Shown here in pieces: positions 24,833-37,641 of a DNA stretch of 64,000 nucleotides. Origin of the DNA: Coniocarpon cinnabarinum (taxonomy: Eukaryota). Position numbers and translations under genes: made by a program. The stretch is taken from positions 62,001 to 126,000 of the forward strand of contig JAVECO010000012.1 in assembly GCA_051942205.1 (NCBI GenBank), written 5' to 3'. Positions within the stretch are counted from its first letter, which is position 1, and each line of letters opens with the position of its first letter. Under the pieces are notes generated by a model. The model was not told the DNA's origin. It searched no databases and saw only the letters and a list, made by a program, of their open reading frames with translations.

Positions 24833-25783
24833 TTACCAGCCCTTCCTTCGAAGCTGCTCAGCACGTCTGCACACCGCCTGGAAGTCTGCTTTGAATCTTC
24901 TCCGCCATCGCTCACTGATCAACCGCTTCCTCTTCAGTCCTGGACGCTCATGGAATCGCTGCTTGTAGAAATCCTGCCTGATCCGATTCCGGTTGACCTG
25001 CATCTCCAGCCTGCGGAACGCCCGCGCCAAGTCCTGGCTCCCTGGAGGCACCGCCACAGTGCGACCCAGCGTAGGTCCCAGGCGGAAGGAAGGCGGAGAC
25101 ACGTCTGCAACTATCGGTGTAGAAGGTAGGATACCCATTGAGTTATGGTCTTGGTAGAATCTTTCTGCTTTTGCACGTGAAGCAAGATTGGTTTGTGGCT
25201 CGGGTGCAGGGGAATTTGGCGCTGGAGGCATCCTCATCCTTTTGTAATCAAAGCCCGCTTTGCGATTAATTTCTTCTAGCCGGTTTGCTCTATCTATATC
25301 TTCTCGAATACTTTTTGCAGTGGGGGTGTTTGGGTTCTTAGATCGTGGAGGTTGACGTGTGGGGTCGTGTTGTGGCAGTGGTGGGCCAATGGATTCTTTG
25401 AGAGCATTCAATTCGTCCAGCATACTCTTTGATCGTCGTTGCTGCTCTGTCATCTGCTGCTCATCGGCGGTATCGAGGTGTTCTGAAGGTGGATTAGAGG
25501 AAGGGGAGCGCGACTCATTTGACTCGCGACTGGGTGCTGGCTCCGATTGTGACTGCGCGGGGTGCACTGGCTCATCATCGACTTCAGTCTCCTTCTCTGC
25601 GGCGGCTGCGCCGGCCTGCTGAGATGCTTGTGTCGTGGTTATGGCGCGACGGCTGGGTGAATGTTTCACCGGACGCCACGATAGTTGTGCGAATGTAGGA
25701 TGGAATGGTTTCGTGGTGGGAGCGGCGAGGGAATCTGGTCTGGCCTGGCGAAGCAAGAAGCCCGCGACATGCAAGATTCTCAT
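24833..25783 (-). CDS. MRP21: Mitochondrial ribosomal protein bS21m
   Basis: Basic presequence-like N-terminus; C-terminal S21 domain RLGPTLGRTV...DLARAFRRL...QRFHERPGLKRKRLISERWRRRFK...GW. Confidence 0.88.
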   Translation of the reverse strand: MRILHVAGFLLRQARPDSLAAPTTKPFHPTFAQLSWRPVKHSPSRRAITTTQASQQAGAAAAEKETEVDDEPVHPAQSQSEPAPSRESNESRSPSSNPPSEHLDTADEQQMTEQQRRSKSMLDELNALKESIGPPLPQHDPTRQPPRSKNPNTPTAKSIREDIDRANRLEEINRKAGFDYKRMRMPPAPNSPAPEPQTNLASRAKAERFYQDHNSMGILPSTPIVADVSPPSFRLGPTLGRTVAVPPGSQDLARAFRRLEMQVNRNRIRQDFYKQRFHERPGLKRKRLISERWRRRFKADFQAVCRRAEQLRRKGW

Positions 25784-26081
25784 GACAAGAGCCACAGATA
25801 TGATGTAGGGCCGCTAACGTTCAAATTGTCTGCGAAGGTGAAGATTCGAGGTACAACTGAGTAGTTGATTCAAGATGTAGAGACATTTTAGCGTGCACGG
25901 ACCATCCATAAGAGAGCTGGAGCTGTTCTTCCACTCTCGTCCCTCGATCGTGCTGTTGTTTCACGCAATTCCCAGCCTTCTCCAATTTCTTGCAGAATGT
26001 AGAGGTCTCAACGTCTAGCGCAATACTAATTCTGCATGCTGATAGGTTTCCAAAAAGAACGCTGACTATAGGTGCGTAAAG

Positions 26082-28620
26082 ATGTCGTATCCACCATACC
26101 AAGGTATGTACGTCTTTCCGTCGCTCCAGTGACACGAACTTACTTTCTGTCAGGACCTCCGGGTCAGTTCGGGCAGTCACAGGGCTATGGAGGATTTCAG
26201 CGCTCCTCAGGTCCGCCACCAGGCATGGGACCTCCCTCAGGCATGGCGCCTCCCGGAACTGCTGGAGCACCAGGCCTGCAGCAACCACAGCAACAGAACA
26301 GTGGCGGTTTGCCATCAAATTTCGATCCTACCGCTAGCATGCCTGGGGTGAATCTAAGCGCACCGGTCATTCGCCTCGGCATGCAAGACAACAAGCCGGC
26401 CACTCCGTCGTCCGCAGGCTTTGACCGAAGAGGTGGAAATGCAGAGCCTGTGAGCAACAGGCGTGGTATGGGGGTGGGTTACGGCGATCGCGGCAATCAG
26501 CAACGAGACAAAGATCATCCGAATGTCACCTTGCCGTCTCAATCTCGCGAGGAAGTTGCTCGAACGATATTCATTGGAAACGTAACCGAGGCATTTGGCA
26601 ATGAAGAGCAAATTCAGAGCATTCTCGGTGTTGGTGGCGGGCTGCGGAAATGGACTCGTGCCTTTGACACAAATCAGAAAGGGTGCACCTTTGGCTTCGC
26701 TGAGTACGACAATGCAGATAACCTCGCTATAGCCATTGAGGTACTGAGTGATGTCCAGGTCCCGTCCAAAGATCAGCCCGAAAAGGTAGGAGCGAAGGTT
26801 AACGGCGTGAAAAAAGAGGATGGCGAGACACCCGAAGCTTCTCCAACAGAACAGACAGATGGTATGAATGGTGAAGTCAAAAGCGAAGATGGAGATCTCA
26901 AGATGGAAGAAGAGGAAGAAATCAAACCAGAACCTATGTCAGTCGACGAAACCCCCAGAATGGACACGCTTCTCGTGGTCATTGATGAAGCATCCCAAAG
27001 ATATATTGACGAATGGAAAGGACGAAAAGAACAGAAGAGCGAAGATGGTGCCCAAGCGCGGCAATTTCATGTGGATGGCGCAAAGCAAGACCTCGAACAA
27101 CTCTTGAGAAGGATCGCACACCCCGCTGACTCTGCTGATGGGAATGGCATGGCAGAACATGATGGCCAACACCAGCCACAGAATCAAGGCACCGAGACCG
27201 TGACAAACCCAGAGACCGGCGATGTCGTCAACATCGCTATCCCTGTCGAGGACGAACTTTCAGAGATTCCGGCTGAAATGCGCGAGACAGTGGCTCAGGA
27301 GATCGCTGCTTTTCGGGATCGCAGTCACCAACGCGACCTGGAGCGTCTGAGACAGGAGGAGATGGTTGAAGCTCGTGAAAAAGAGGCTCGCGAGCGGACT
27401 ACACATTTGAACGGTAATGCCAACAATGTCCCAGTCGGCCCGCGCTCACAACAGGCTGCTCCCACTGGTCCACGCGGAGCTGGTTTCCAGATCCCGAAAG
27501 ACTATCAAAAGGGTGTCACCTTCGTGAACGGTGCCACGATGAATGGCGTTTCCAATTTCACGAAAGAAGAGGAAGAGAGTGACGCCTCAGACGAGGAACT
27601 CGAACGCCGACGACAAGCCAAGCAGAACTCTGAACTGGAGAAACAGTTTCTTGATGCGGAGAGGAAGTTAATGAATAAAGAGCGTTCGCGCACTGCTGCT
27701 ATAGAGCGTGAACAGGAACGTGAAAGCGAAGAGGCTGCACGTCGCGACCACGAAAAGCAAGTAGTTCGGCAGCGTCTGCGTGACTGGGACGACGACAAAG
27801 AAGCGAGCGCCCAAAGGGAAGAATACTACAGCGACCGCTCTGCATGGCTGCGCAATCGCGAAATCTTCAGGCAGCAAGAAGGAGCGATAGACGAGCGAGA
27901 CCGCAATCTAGAAGAGCGCGAGAAACAGATGGACCAAGAACGTCGCAACCGCGAAGCCGGTGTTGCCGATGACTTCTTGGCCGAACAAACCAAGGTCCTT
28001 GAGCAAGAGCTGCAGAAACAGCCGACCCGAGAGCCGATGAAATTCAAGATGGGTCTTGGAAGTTCCTCAAAACGAGAGCCCCAGATCGTTGAGCAGGCAA
28101 CGCGTCGCAGCATGGCCGCGCTTGAAGGACTCCTCGAAGATGAAGATGACGTGGCCCGACGCGAGAGAGGCAATCGTCAGCTGATGCCTATAGCAGAAGA
28201 TTCAACTAGGAACTCGGGTCTCTCAGCAGAGGAACGCCACCGCGCCGCCCGGCAACTTGCTCTCGAAATACCCAGCGACCGACGCGGCCTCTGGGCATGG
28301 AATGTCAAGTGGGATTACGTCGACGTTGGCGTCATGTCCCAACTCCGTGACTTTGTCGAGAGAAAGATGATTGAAGCACTAGGCGTCATGGAGGAGCGTC
28401 AGGTCGATTTGGTAGAGGAGTCTGTGAAGAAGCGAGTGAAGCCGCAAGATTTGGTTGACAAACTGACACCAGTAAGTCGATTCGACCCATCGAGGCCATT
28501 GACCAAGCCGCTAATGGACATCTGCAGGCGCTTCGGGACGAGGCTGAGGGGTTTGTCAAGAAACTCTGGCGTATGCTGATATTCCTGTCAGAATCCGAGA
28601 AGCGTGGGCTTGCCGATTAG
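26082..28620 (+). CDS. SNU71: U1 snRNP-associated Snu71/RBM25/Usp107 homologue (RRM + charged region + PWI); introns 26104-26153 and 28472-28527
   Basis: RRM RTIFIGNV...FGFAEY; ETVAQEIAAFRDRS; RE-rich helix; PWI IPSDRRGLWAWNVKWDY...; last exon ALRDEAEGFVKKLWRMLIF. Confidence 0.9.
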
Positions 28621-29766
28621 AGACAGGGCCCTCTCGGATGCTGCGGATGTGACGTACATGCTCAGTGGGTAGCGTTCCCACATGACTATATTTTGCTGCT
28701 CAATGTACTCATGTTGGTCCTACAGCCTGATCTCCGAGATCTCTTGTCGGGTCCGTCAAGAGAAATTCAAGTCACAGGCCACGTAGGCCAAGGTGCGTAT
28801 TCGTGTCGCGCAGTAACGTATGCACTCTCCTCTTCATGCCTAGGTATGTCGTATGGCATGAACTTAATGACTAGCCACAATCGAGCCTTGTGGTCTCCGC
28901 AGTCGTTGATGAACCCTCCTAAGCTTGTTCGTGTCACTTCTCACGAATGTGTAGGGGTCACGGGGCTGGACTCCAGGTAGTCCCCTTTCGCCCAATCCCA
29001 GCAAATCTGCCAACAACGCACCTTTCAGCTTCGAGAGCCCGAACCGCTCAGCGCCAACACCTTGGCTGCGGCGAAAGAAATGTTATCACCATGTGTAGCC
29101 CATGCGATTGGCTTGTGTAGAAGCTCTCGAAACGATTCATCATCATCCTTGCCCTTGCTTAGTCCTCAGCTCCTCCTCAGCCCATCAAGAACAACTCAGC
29201 CTTGGTAAGGAAGTTGAGATTTCATCGGTGGGTATCTTAACGGCCTCTGAAACCGACTATACGTTGCCTCTTGATTACTGGTATCTGCGAAGGTAATGTC
29301 ACACCTTCGGCTTGTAAAGTCTGTTCCTTATTCGAGTCGCCATGCCGTTGCTTGGCAATACTTCAAGAAGAACCCTTATTTCGTTTTGTACCCTTGGCAT
29401 TTTCTTTTACCTGCGCCACTTAGTAAGGACGAACGGCGCGGCGTAGTAACCGAGTTGCCATGTAGCCCGCGATGCAGCCCGCCATGTGCACAATCCAGGA
29501 AAGTTCGGCCTTTGGCTACCGCCGAGGTCAACGAGAAGGGTCTTGAAAGCGCAACGTCTAAGCCTACGCGGGCTCTATAATTTGCCTTTAGCGGGTTGAC
29601 ACTGTACTTATTTCGTCCACAGCAACCCCTCCAACAATTTTGAAGTTCCAAGCTGAGCTTATGCCTATCGCCATCATCCATTGGTAAAAGTTTTGGCAGC
29701 TTTGTGGAGGTCCTTCGACCGTTGCTGAACGTGTACACGACATTCAGAGACCTTGGCGTGGATAGC

Positions 29767-30318
29767 ATGCAGGGTTCTGAGACTTCACCTCATGCTCCTC
29801 AGCACCAGCCCCAACTACAATCTGAAATCATTACCCGGATCATCCGTCATTGCTTACTCGAGACACTTGACTTGCCCCTGCAAGACTGTCATCCAAGCAG
29901 CGATGCTAATAGCTGTGGCCGACAATATTACTCTACAGCTCTTGGCTTGGCGCTTGTGAATCGCAGCTTCTGTCATCATCTACTGATCTCAATGTGTGAG
30001 CCCCAAAACATTCTCATGGCTCTAGCTATGAAATATAAAGAAGAACAAGTCACTGCATGGGACAGCTGTCCCTTCTGGTCAACGCCACACGGATATTGCG
30101 AAGACTGCCTAACGCTGGGTGCACGAAGAAAGTCGGCTGAGATCCAGTTAAGATGGGCGGATAAGGCTGGTCTGATGCTCAAAAGAGTACTCTTGGTGCT
30201 TCAGCATCCATCTGACGAACAGACATCGAAGCCTTCTCAGGGTACGTCGTCTGTCTTATCACGTGTCGGACAAGGTGTTGATGGGCTCTGGTCCGCACAT
30301 AGAGATCACGAGGGATAG
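29767..30318 (+). CDS. Small F-box-like family protein 1 (hypothetical)
   Basis: PQLQSEIITRIIRHCL...YYSTALGLALVNRSF; Cys/His cluster CPFWSTPHGYCEDC. Confidence 0.6.
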   Translation: MQGSETSPHAPQHQPQLQSEIITRIIRHCLLETLDLPLQDCHPSSDANSCGRQYYSTALGLALVNRSFCHHLLISMCEPQNILMALAMKYKEEQVTAWDSCPFWSTPHGYCEDCLTLGARRKSAEIQLRWADKAGLMLKRVLLVLQHPSDEQTSKPSQGTSSVLSRVGQGVDGLWSAHRDHEG

Positions 30319-30976
30319 GCCAACACATTACGTTACTCCCCCCTCCCCTGCCTCAAACGCGGGTCCAGTCACGCCGATCAAGCGCAAGTCAATGTCCACA
30401 TTATCAAAAGTCGCTCAAACAAACTGGTCAATCCAAAGGGGCAATGCTCGGTGACTGGGTAACAATCACACCTGCGACTAGGGAAAGCATGGACTCGACC
30501 AAGTCTGCGATCTGTGGTGAGCGCACTTGGCACCCAGAAAGGCTCTTGGTATACATGCGAAATGAAGAGCTGCTTGGGTGGTGTTTTTGACGCTGGAAAT
30601 TGTCTTAGCAGCGCCAACCTTAAACAGCATAATTTCATATCGAATTTCACGACAACCGCAGCATTTGTGTGTCTGTGTCAACCACGAAACGTTTTCGCCC
30701 GGCCTTCACACCCTCGTCGTGAAGACGTGGGCTACAGGCACGTTCATTGTGCATCGACAGCCAACGAATTCCAGGCCGTGTGACTCGTTTGTCCTACGGC
30801 TTTTTCCCAACGTTTCCTGTTTGCAGTCTATGAAAGCAGCTTTCAGAACCCTGACATTCCGGCAACCAGTCTCTCACTCATATAAATGACCGGTGCACCA
30901 TTTACCGCCTTCACCTCCTTTAACGAAGACGTTTATCACATCTCACGTGGTCTCCACTTGTGCCATTCATAAAACG

Positions 30977-31411
30977 ATGACAAGCATCACCACGATAAGC
31001 AAACACGGTGCGCGCCTTCGAAGCCTTCCGTCAATTCCGCCCGAGCTTGTCCACATGATCGCTGAAGCAATGCTTGAGAGCCCATTTCAGGAACTAATGA
31101 ACGGCAACTGGGGCTTCTTCATGGAATCATTCCACGAGTACAGAAACACAGCCTGGACGCTGCACCTCTGCTCAATTATCGGCCACAATTCCTTGCTGCG
31201 CATAGTCGCACGTCACCAACGCCAAGCTAAGAGAGAGAATGGCCAATTCGCCGAGAAGAGGTGGACCGAATTGAGCGGCGTATCAGAGTTTTGCCACGGG
31301 GTTCTGGACCTTTTGGAAAGAGGGCACACTACGGAAGCCACTCAAGTACACCGGGTTAAGCTCATGATCGGGACGAGAGGCCTTCGCAACAAAGTTGATA
31401 AAGCAGCGTAG
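30977..31411 (+). CDS. Small F-box-like family protein 2 (hypothetical)
   Basis: LPSIPPELVHMIAEAML...EYRNTAWTLHLCS; TATAAA at 30881 upstream. Confidence 0.6.
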   Translation: MTSITTISKHGARLRSLPSIPPELVHMIAEAMLESPFQELMNGNWGFFMESFHEYRNTAWTLHLCSIIGHNSLLRIVARHQRQAKRENGQFAEKRWTELSGVSEFCHGVLDLLERGHTTEATQVHRVKLMIGTRGLRNKVDKAA

Positions 31412-32940
31412 TGTCGGACATCATCATAATGAGTCACGACAGGCCCCGAAATTCGTCGATCAGAACGTGTGGTGCCTTCGGTCATCATGTCAATGCTCGA
31501 CCCTTCATCAAACCTGAGAAGCTATCCGGAATCAATTATCGTATCTCTGTTTTAATCTTTGTCTTTCTTCATTTTCAGTTCTGGTCAGACAGATACTCTA
31601 CTTGATACTCTACTTCTTCATCCTTTAGTCACAGCAATCGATTCATCACAATTGACAAAAGCCTATCCGTCATCACTAGGCTACTTACCCTCCTCGACCG
31701 CCTTTGCATTTCATACTGCATATCACTACGCTGCCATCCGCCTGTGGCTAACTCGCTGTTAATTTCGAAATGATCCAATCCATAGAGATCGCGCAGCCTA
31801 TGACCAACCATAGCTGTAGATGACACTTGACGTCTCCAGGAATCCGAACGTCATCGACATCCATCAGCAAGATCGCTTCGTTCCAAGTGAGCAATATTCC
31901 ACGTTTCTAGGGACGCTTAAGGCCTCAGGCCAAACACTTCAGTCTATTCTGAACGGCACATACCCGTTATTCGGAGCAATAGCGCTGACCGCATCGTTCG
32001 AGGCATTGTATGAGGAGAAAGTTCACGTGACCACAAGGTAGTGTCACGTAAAAACATTTACCTTCAAGCTCGCCTTCTTCTTTTCGTCCCCCCTTCCACC
32101 CTCCTACAAACAGTGTCTTCTTTAAAGACTACCACGCTTTATACAGCAAAGAGAACGGCGTCGAAAGCCCAATGAAAGGCTTGATCTAACCAGCAAAGAC
32201 CTCATGAATGCTTCTGCCACATCTATAGTGTCATCACTCTTCTTTGTTGGTTCCGTACCTTCCACTTAATCATGCTGCAAGCCTGTCGCAAGTCAAGACG
32301 CAAGTTTGCTGAGAGAGCACTAGCATAGTGGCTCAAAGCCTGAGCTGAGACTGTTTGCATGAACAACATTTCCTTTTCAAGTGAAAATGTATTTGTGAAT
32401 ACGATACACTGTGCAGGTTCCAGTCTAGGCCCGGAAAATGGAGCACGAGGCTTTCAATGACAGCAAGAGTCACTGGCCGCATGAAAAGCAGAGCCTCATG
32501 CCGTCCTTGGCATTTTTGAACAGTGTGAGTTTCCCCAAAGTGACGTCTCGCGTTGGAAGTCTTTTCTTCAACTGTCTGGACAGCATTACTCATGCAACTT
32601 TCGAAACACTCGCAACAGGCTTATGAACTAATGGAGAAATGTTCAAAGCTTGAAACTTTGCACAGGTGGCACAGGTCGCGTATGTTGTAGTCTCATGCGG
32701 TACCTTTCGATGTAGTCTATGCCGAAACACGTTCCTAAACCTCTGTGCACTCGCCGTGATCGCTAATCGTGAGGTACGCACTGTGTGTGTCACCATTCGA
32801 GATGTGCACTGTCAGTCTGTTGTGCCACACAGTGGCGAGATCACTTAACATAATTGTTCAGGCTACGAGAAGCATCTTCGCTGGAGACACAGCTGTGCAA
32901 GAGTCTTTCGATTCAGTCTCGTCCATATACAAAAGTCATC

Positions 32941-33393
32941 ATGACAGCGTCACCCAAGAACTTTGACCAAGACCCGATCCATCTTCCGAACGAGGTCCTC
33001 TTCCTGTTCATCCGCGAACGACTCGATAGCATTACGGCAACGCTCTTTCCACCGCTCTCCTCTTTGCCCAAATCATCCATTTTTCCCTACTCTCAGTGGC
33101 ATGAGAAGCAATGGCGCGACCTGCTCTGCGATATCCTCAACATCGCAACGACCTCTCCAGCTGTTCGTCTCGAAGTAAAGCGTTTGATGACACGGTACGT
33201 CCGAAAGATGAAAGCTCGTAAGTATGAAGCTGTGCGGATCACCGTTGAGGAAAGCATTCTGCTACAGAAATATTTCAATGACGGTCCGACTGAGGAGACC
33301 TTGACCCTTGCGCAAGCTAAATGGATAGCTGATATATATAAATGGTGGCGGAACGCTTTGTACGAGCTTGAGTGGATGGATGATGGAGAATGA
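32941..33393 (+). CDS. Small F-box-like family protein 3 (hypothetical)
   Basis: PIHLPNEVLFLFIRERL...CDILNIATTSPAVRLEVKRLM; helical C-terminus without CxxC. Confidence 0.6.
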   Translation: MTASPKNFDQDPIHLPNEVLFLFIRERLDSITATLFPPLSSLPKSSIFPYSQWHEKQWRDLLCDILNIATTSPAVRLEVKRLMTRYVRKMKARKYEAVRITVEESILLQKYFNDGPTEETLTLAQAKWIADIYKWWRNALYELEWMDDGE

Positions 33394-34355
33394 GAACAAG
33401 ACTGGCTGTGGCTAAGTGAAGGGACGTGATTTTATCTGTCTGGAGCTTAACAAGTTCTGGGTACAGGTATAAACAATACTATGAGCTTACGCTAAGGCTT
33501 ATGACCAATTCAAGTGTGGTTGAAGATACAGGTAGGCTTTGAAGGACATTAAACGTACCCATTACCTCAAAGTTCCATGTGTTTGAAGATACACCATGCT
33601 CTCACGTGCTTAGTATTACCACTCAGCCCTATTGTCTAGAACTCACACTCCGATTTTCCTACCTAGTATATCTACCGCTCCTCTTCTCGATCTCTCTCTC
33701 CCCTAAGCAAGTCTGCTGACACATTTGCCATTTGCAAAACCAACCACCAAAAGACAAACCTGCTGACATTACGAAGCATAGGCTCATTCTCATCATCGCG
33801 TTTGGGTGTCTTTCTCGACAAAGACACCAATCCGCCAATCATTGATCGGCTTCCATACGCTTCGTCCCCATACCTTGAGCCTGCTGGTCTTCCAATGCCT
33901 TTGCAGGGTGACTACTAGAGCACCACAGGCAAGGGACCTTTACCACAATCAAAGCCTGCAGCCTCCATTCAACGTCAGGAACAAATGCACAGTGGAAATC
34001 GTTCTGACATGCCGTGGCCAGGACGCCGAAAAAGGCTCCGTCATTGCGTGCCCACAGGAGGGAGAGAGCCAGGGCGTCCTCGTTGTCCAGGCATGCTAGC
34101 AGCGTGCAGGCAACCTACACAAGTTGACGTCTAAATTCCATCCATTTCAGACAACACCGAATTGAGGGATTGATTTTGGATATCCTGGATACGCACCTGC
34201 CACGACAACCGTCATTGCTGGTAAAGCTTCAACAGCGAGATATTTAAGAAGGAACGTTCCAAAGGGCCACGTAGGTCACAAGCGTTACGCTGGCTACGCT
34301 AGACACACGCTCCCTATTTCCCTAGCGGCCTTTATCTGCTCAGGAAAATCCTGGT

Positions 34356-35805
34356 TTAAGCCCTCGCAGCTGTCCACCATTTCCAGAACCGCTGGGCTCG
34401 ACTCAACAACGCAACCTCCACCACCGTCATTAAATATCGCAACCTCGAAGACAAGTAGTAGTCACTCAACAATCGACAGAAGTAATACGCGTCCATCCTC
34501 GCTCGATGGACCGCGACTTCCCACTCCGCCAATGTGATTTCACCTTGCATCACCCGTCGCAAGAGCAAGGACTGCTCCGCACACATATCAAATGCTCGAC
34601 CACCAGTCGGACGCATCAACGTCGCTGCTTCGCCAACCCAGACGAGTCTATCATTGAGGGCACGAAGGTTAGGGTTGAAGCAGTCGAAGATCGCAGTCAA
34701 GAAAGGCTCCTCTGTCTTCACGAAGATTTCCTGAAACGCTGGATCAAGCGTTGATTGGGCCAGATCTTTGAGAATGTCGCGAGTTGCCGTGGACATCTTA
34801 CCTCGCGGTAGTGTGCCCCGGTGGAAATGACCGTCGCTATCGGTCATGATTGTGTTGAAGAAAGTCGACCCTTCGGTCACGGCCTGATAGATGATGGCAT
34901 TGAGGTATCGCTTGCCTGGTTCGGTCGTTCCATTTTCGCCGGGCATAGTGTACCTGCAAGTGGTCAGCAAAACGAAGACGAACATCACAGGACGCACATG
35001 ATTCGACGCGTACCCTACACAAAAGGCATAGCCGGACGAGTATCCAGTGATAAAGAAAGGTGATTCTTCCTTTCTGAAGAGCTGCCGTGTCTGCTCTGAG
35101 ACTTCCGACTCAGCCACTGCACCCCGCCATCCTACAAAGCCGGAGTAGTCCTTCTTCAAGTTGGGTCTGTGCTGATGAAGCACAACCGAGTTTGCACCGC
35201 TCGAGTCGACCACAAAGTCCGCTTCCACCGTGCCGCCAGTACCAGCAACTTTCGATTCACCTGGCATCGAGGACTCGTACTCGACATGCACGACGCCGTC
35301 AGAAGACAAGCTCACCCCCGTCACTCGCTTACCTGGGTCCAGGAAAACCTTGCCAGTTTTCGCTTCAAGTGCACGCGTTGGTTGCGGCGATGGGATGAAC
35401 GGGCTTTGTGTTCCATCGAACATTGCTCTCAAACGATAATACAGCGCCGGCCACCGAGTCAGAAAGAGCGGAACTGGGAAGCTGTGTACGGGATTGCTTT
35501 CTTTATCCAGCACGTAGTTTTTCTTGCTGGACAGATAGAAGTCGCCTTTATGGCGATCGTAGTCTGCAAAGAATCGTTTGCCATTAAAGCCGATGTTCAT
35601 GCCGGCGGCGAAGTCTTCACGGATGGCTTTATGGCTCTGCTCGAGGATGTGGACGTCATGGCCTAAGTTGCTGAGCATGATGCCATTCAAGAGACCTGCT
35701 AATGAGCCGCCGACCTTATCAATACAATCAGCACTGGTACATCGATAACAGCGGCCTGCTCACAATGACGACTTTGAGCTTCCGCTCTTTCAGTGTCTGC
35801 TCCAT
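34356..35805 (-). CDS. FAD-dependent monooxygenase (2,6-dihydroxypyridine 3-monooxygenase-like), 3 exons
   Basis: Spliced N-terminus MEQTLKERKLKVVI|VGGSLAGLLNGIML (GxGxxG); WPALYYRLRAMFDG; YSGFVGWRG; YTMPGENG; PFLTAIFD. Confidence 0.85.
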
Positions 35806-37044
35806 CTTGGGCTGTCACCGTCGCGATGTCTTTACAATCCGAAGAATTGCTCTAGAGTGCTTGAATGGGCGCAAGCAAAGTCGAGAGCTCGCCCATTAAA
35901 TACATTGAAAGAGCTGCAGGGCACCCGTGATCCTGCAGAAGCGGGTCGGTGCTCCGCGGAAGCTCGCGGAAGGGCTCTCCTATTGGCAACTAGCCAACTC
36001 CATCTTCGCGAGACGCATCCATCAAGAGACCCCTGTTGCAAAGGCTGAAGCTTTGTCCTCCGAGGACGACATCGATCAGCATTGGGAATGTATTTCCAAA
36101 GCACCACGTAATTCGATTGCTGGAAGGAGGCTTGACGTGCGTACGACTCAGTGCGGGGCATCCGTGCACTCCAACATGTTGAGTGTTTTGTAGCAGGGCC
36201 CCACCGAAGGTGCTACCAGAACACTGACGATGCAAGCACACCCTGGGAATCGTCACATTCGCATCTTGCAGTTCGCATGCGAGGTTGAGGTGTGAAGTAG
36301 GTAGAATATCGGGGCTTGGATGCGGGCACGGGCGGGTAAGGCGTCTCAGAGCCCTGTTTGCGGTACGGCAAGGGTCCTTGGGACTAGCATAAGGGCACAT
36401 GACGCGGAAATATTCCCGCAGTCACCTGACTCGTGAATCTGTCACCTCAGATCACTTCACCTGCATCTCCGAACTGGTCCATCGCGCTTCTCAATCGGAA
36501 AGGTTGCAGTTGACTGAAATCGCCGCAACAATGGCATTTCGCTTCAGTAGCTCCGCTTGTATTTACAAGGAGCGCCATGGTCCTCACGTTTCGCGACGAA
36601 TACTCCCAATCGAGTTGATGCTTTCTGCATAAGCTGCCAGGTGCGATTCTTCCCTCCACAGTGCCTCCGCCTTTCTCGACGCCTTCGAATCAGTTTGTTG
36701 TAATTCAAGACCGCTCCAGACTGCCTTTCACCAGTGTTGAGACTGTGCATATTCCACACTAGCCGAGTCTATGTCTCGACTCGAGAAAGAGGCCGCAGAA
36801 TCACAACTATGCACAATCTCTTTCAAAGAGAACATGCTCTTCCATGAAACAGGTGCCAGACACCAAGCACTGCACTATGGTCGGAGGCGCGAGGCGAGCT
36901 CAGGTGCCTACGCGAAACTCGGGATCCGGTACAAAACGCGTGACTTGACATCTGGGTTGTGAGGATGTGTTTGAAACACACAAGATCAACAATCAACAAC
37001 CCTTCAAAGCTCAACCAACAACAACAACCTGAGACAATTTCACG

Positions 37045-37641
37045 ATGGAACGCTGTGGGCCAGAACAGGCCGAGTCAAGCAAAGCTACCATCACTCCCGC
37101 TTCATCTCCCGAAGCAACCAAGGAGCTTCCCAAACTACCAACAGAGATTGTCCTCAAAATTGCCGAATATGCGTTTGCTAATGCGTTCGACGACGTCCGA
37201 GTAGCCGACCATCGCTGCAAAGACTGCGGCGATGCGATGGCCATTCAATTTTTCAAGACTGCATACGGCCTGGGAGCGTCATCCAAAGCACTTATGACTC
37301 GAACCCTCAAAGCGAACAAGCAGTTGCATAGGCGCTTCTGCGGCCCCGGACGTGAGCGCGTTGGGAGAAACCTTCCATATTTATGGGTTGAGACAACGTG
37401 CAACAATAGGGAAACCGAGGAAGCAGATGTTCTTCTTGGTTTGTTTTTGGGACGCCGAACCCTCGAGAATAGGCGCTTGAGAGATGGGTGGGAGCCTCTT
37501 GCTGTGGAGTGCGTCGAGGGAGCTCAGGCCATGTTGGAGCGCGTAGAGGCAGTTTGGTACAAGTGTACTGTAAGTTCAACGCCCAATCGCGATTCGATTG
37601 AAGCTATGCTAATCATGATCGTACTAGGGAGGTCCCAATGA
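37045..37641 (+). CDS. Small F-box-like family protein 4 (hypothetical)
   Basis: LPKLPTEIVLKIAEYAF...HRCKDC...FFKTAYGLGASSKALM. Confidence 0.7.
   Translation: MERCGPEQAESSKATITPASSPEATKELPKLPTEIVLKIAEYAFANAFDDVRVADHRCKDCGDAMAIQFFKTAYGLGASSKALMTRTLKANKQLHRRFCGPGRERVGRNLPYLWVETTCNNRETEEADVLLGLFLGRRTLENRRLRDGWEPLAVECVEGAQAMLERVEAVWYKCTVSSTPNRDSIEAMLIMIVLGRSQ

Noticed and set aside
32333..32796. Minus-strand Cys-containing ORF fragments (CATC; CCEC) as another family member
   Set aside because: No LPxE motif found, the frames are discontinuous, and the similarity is too weak.
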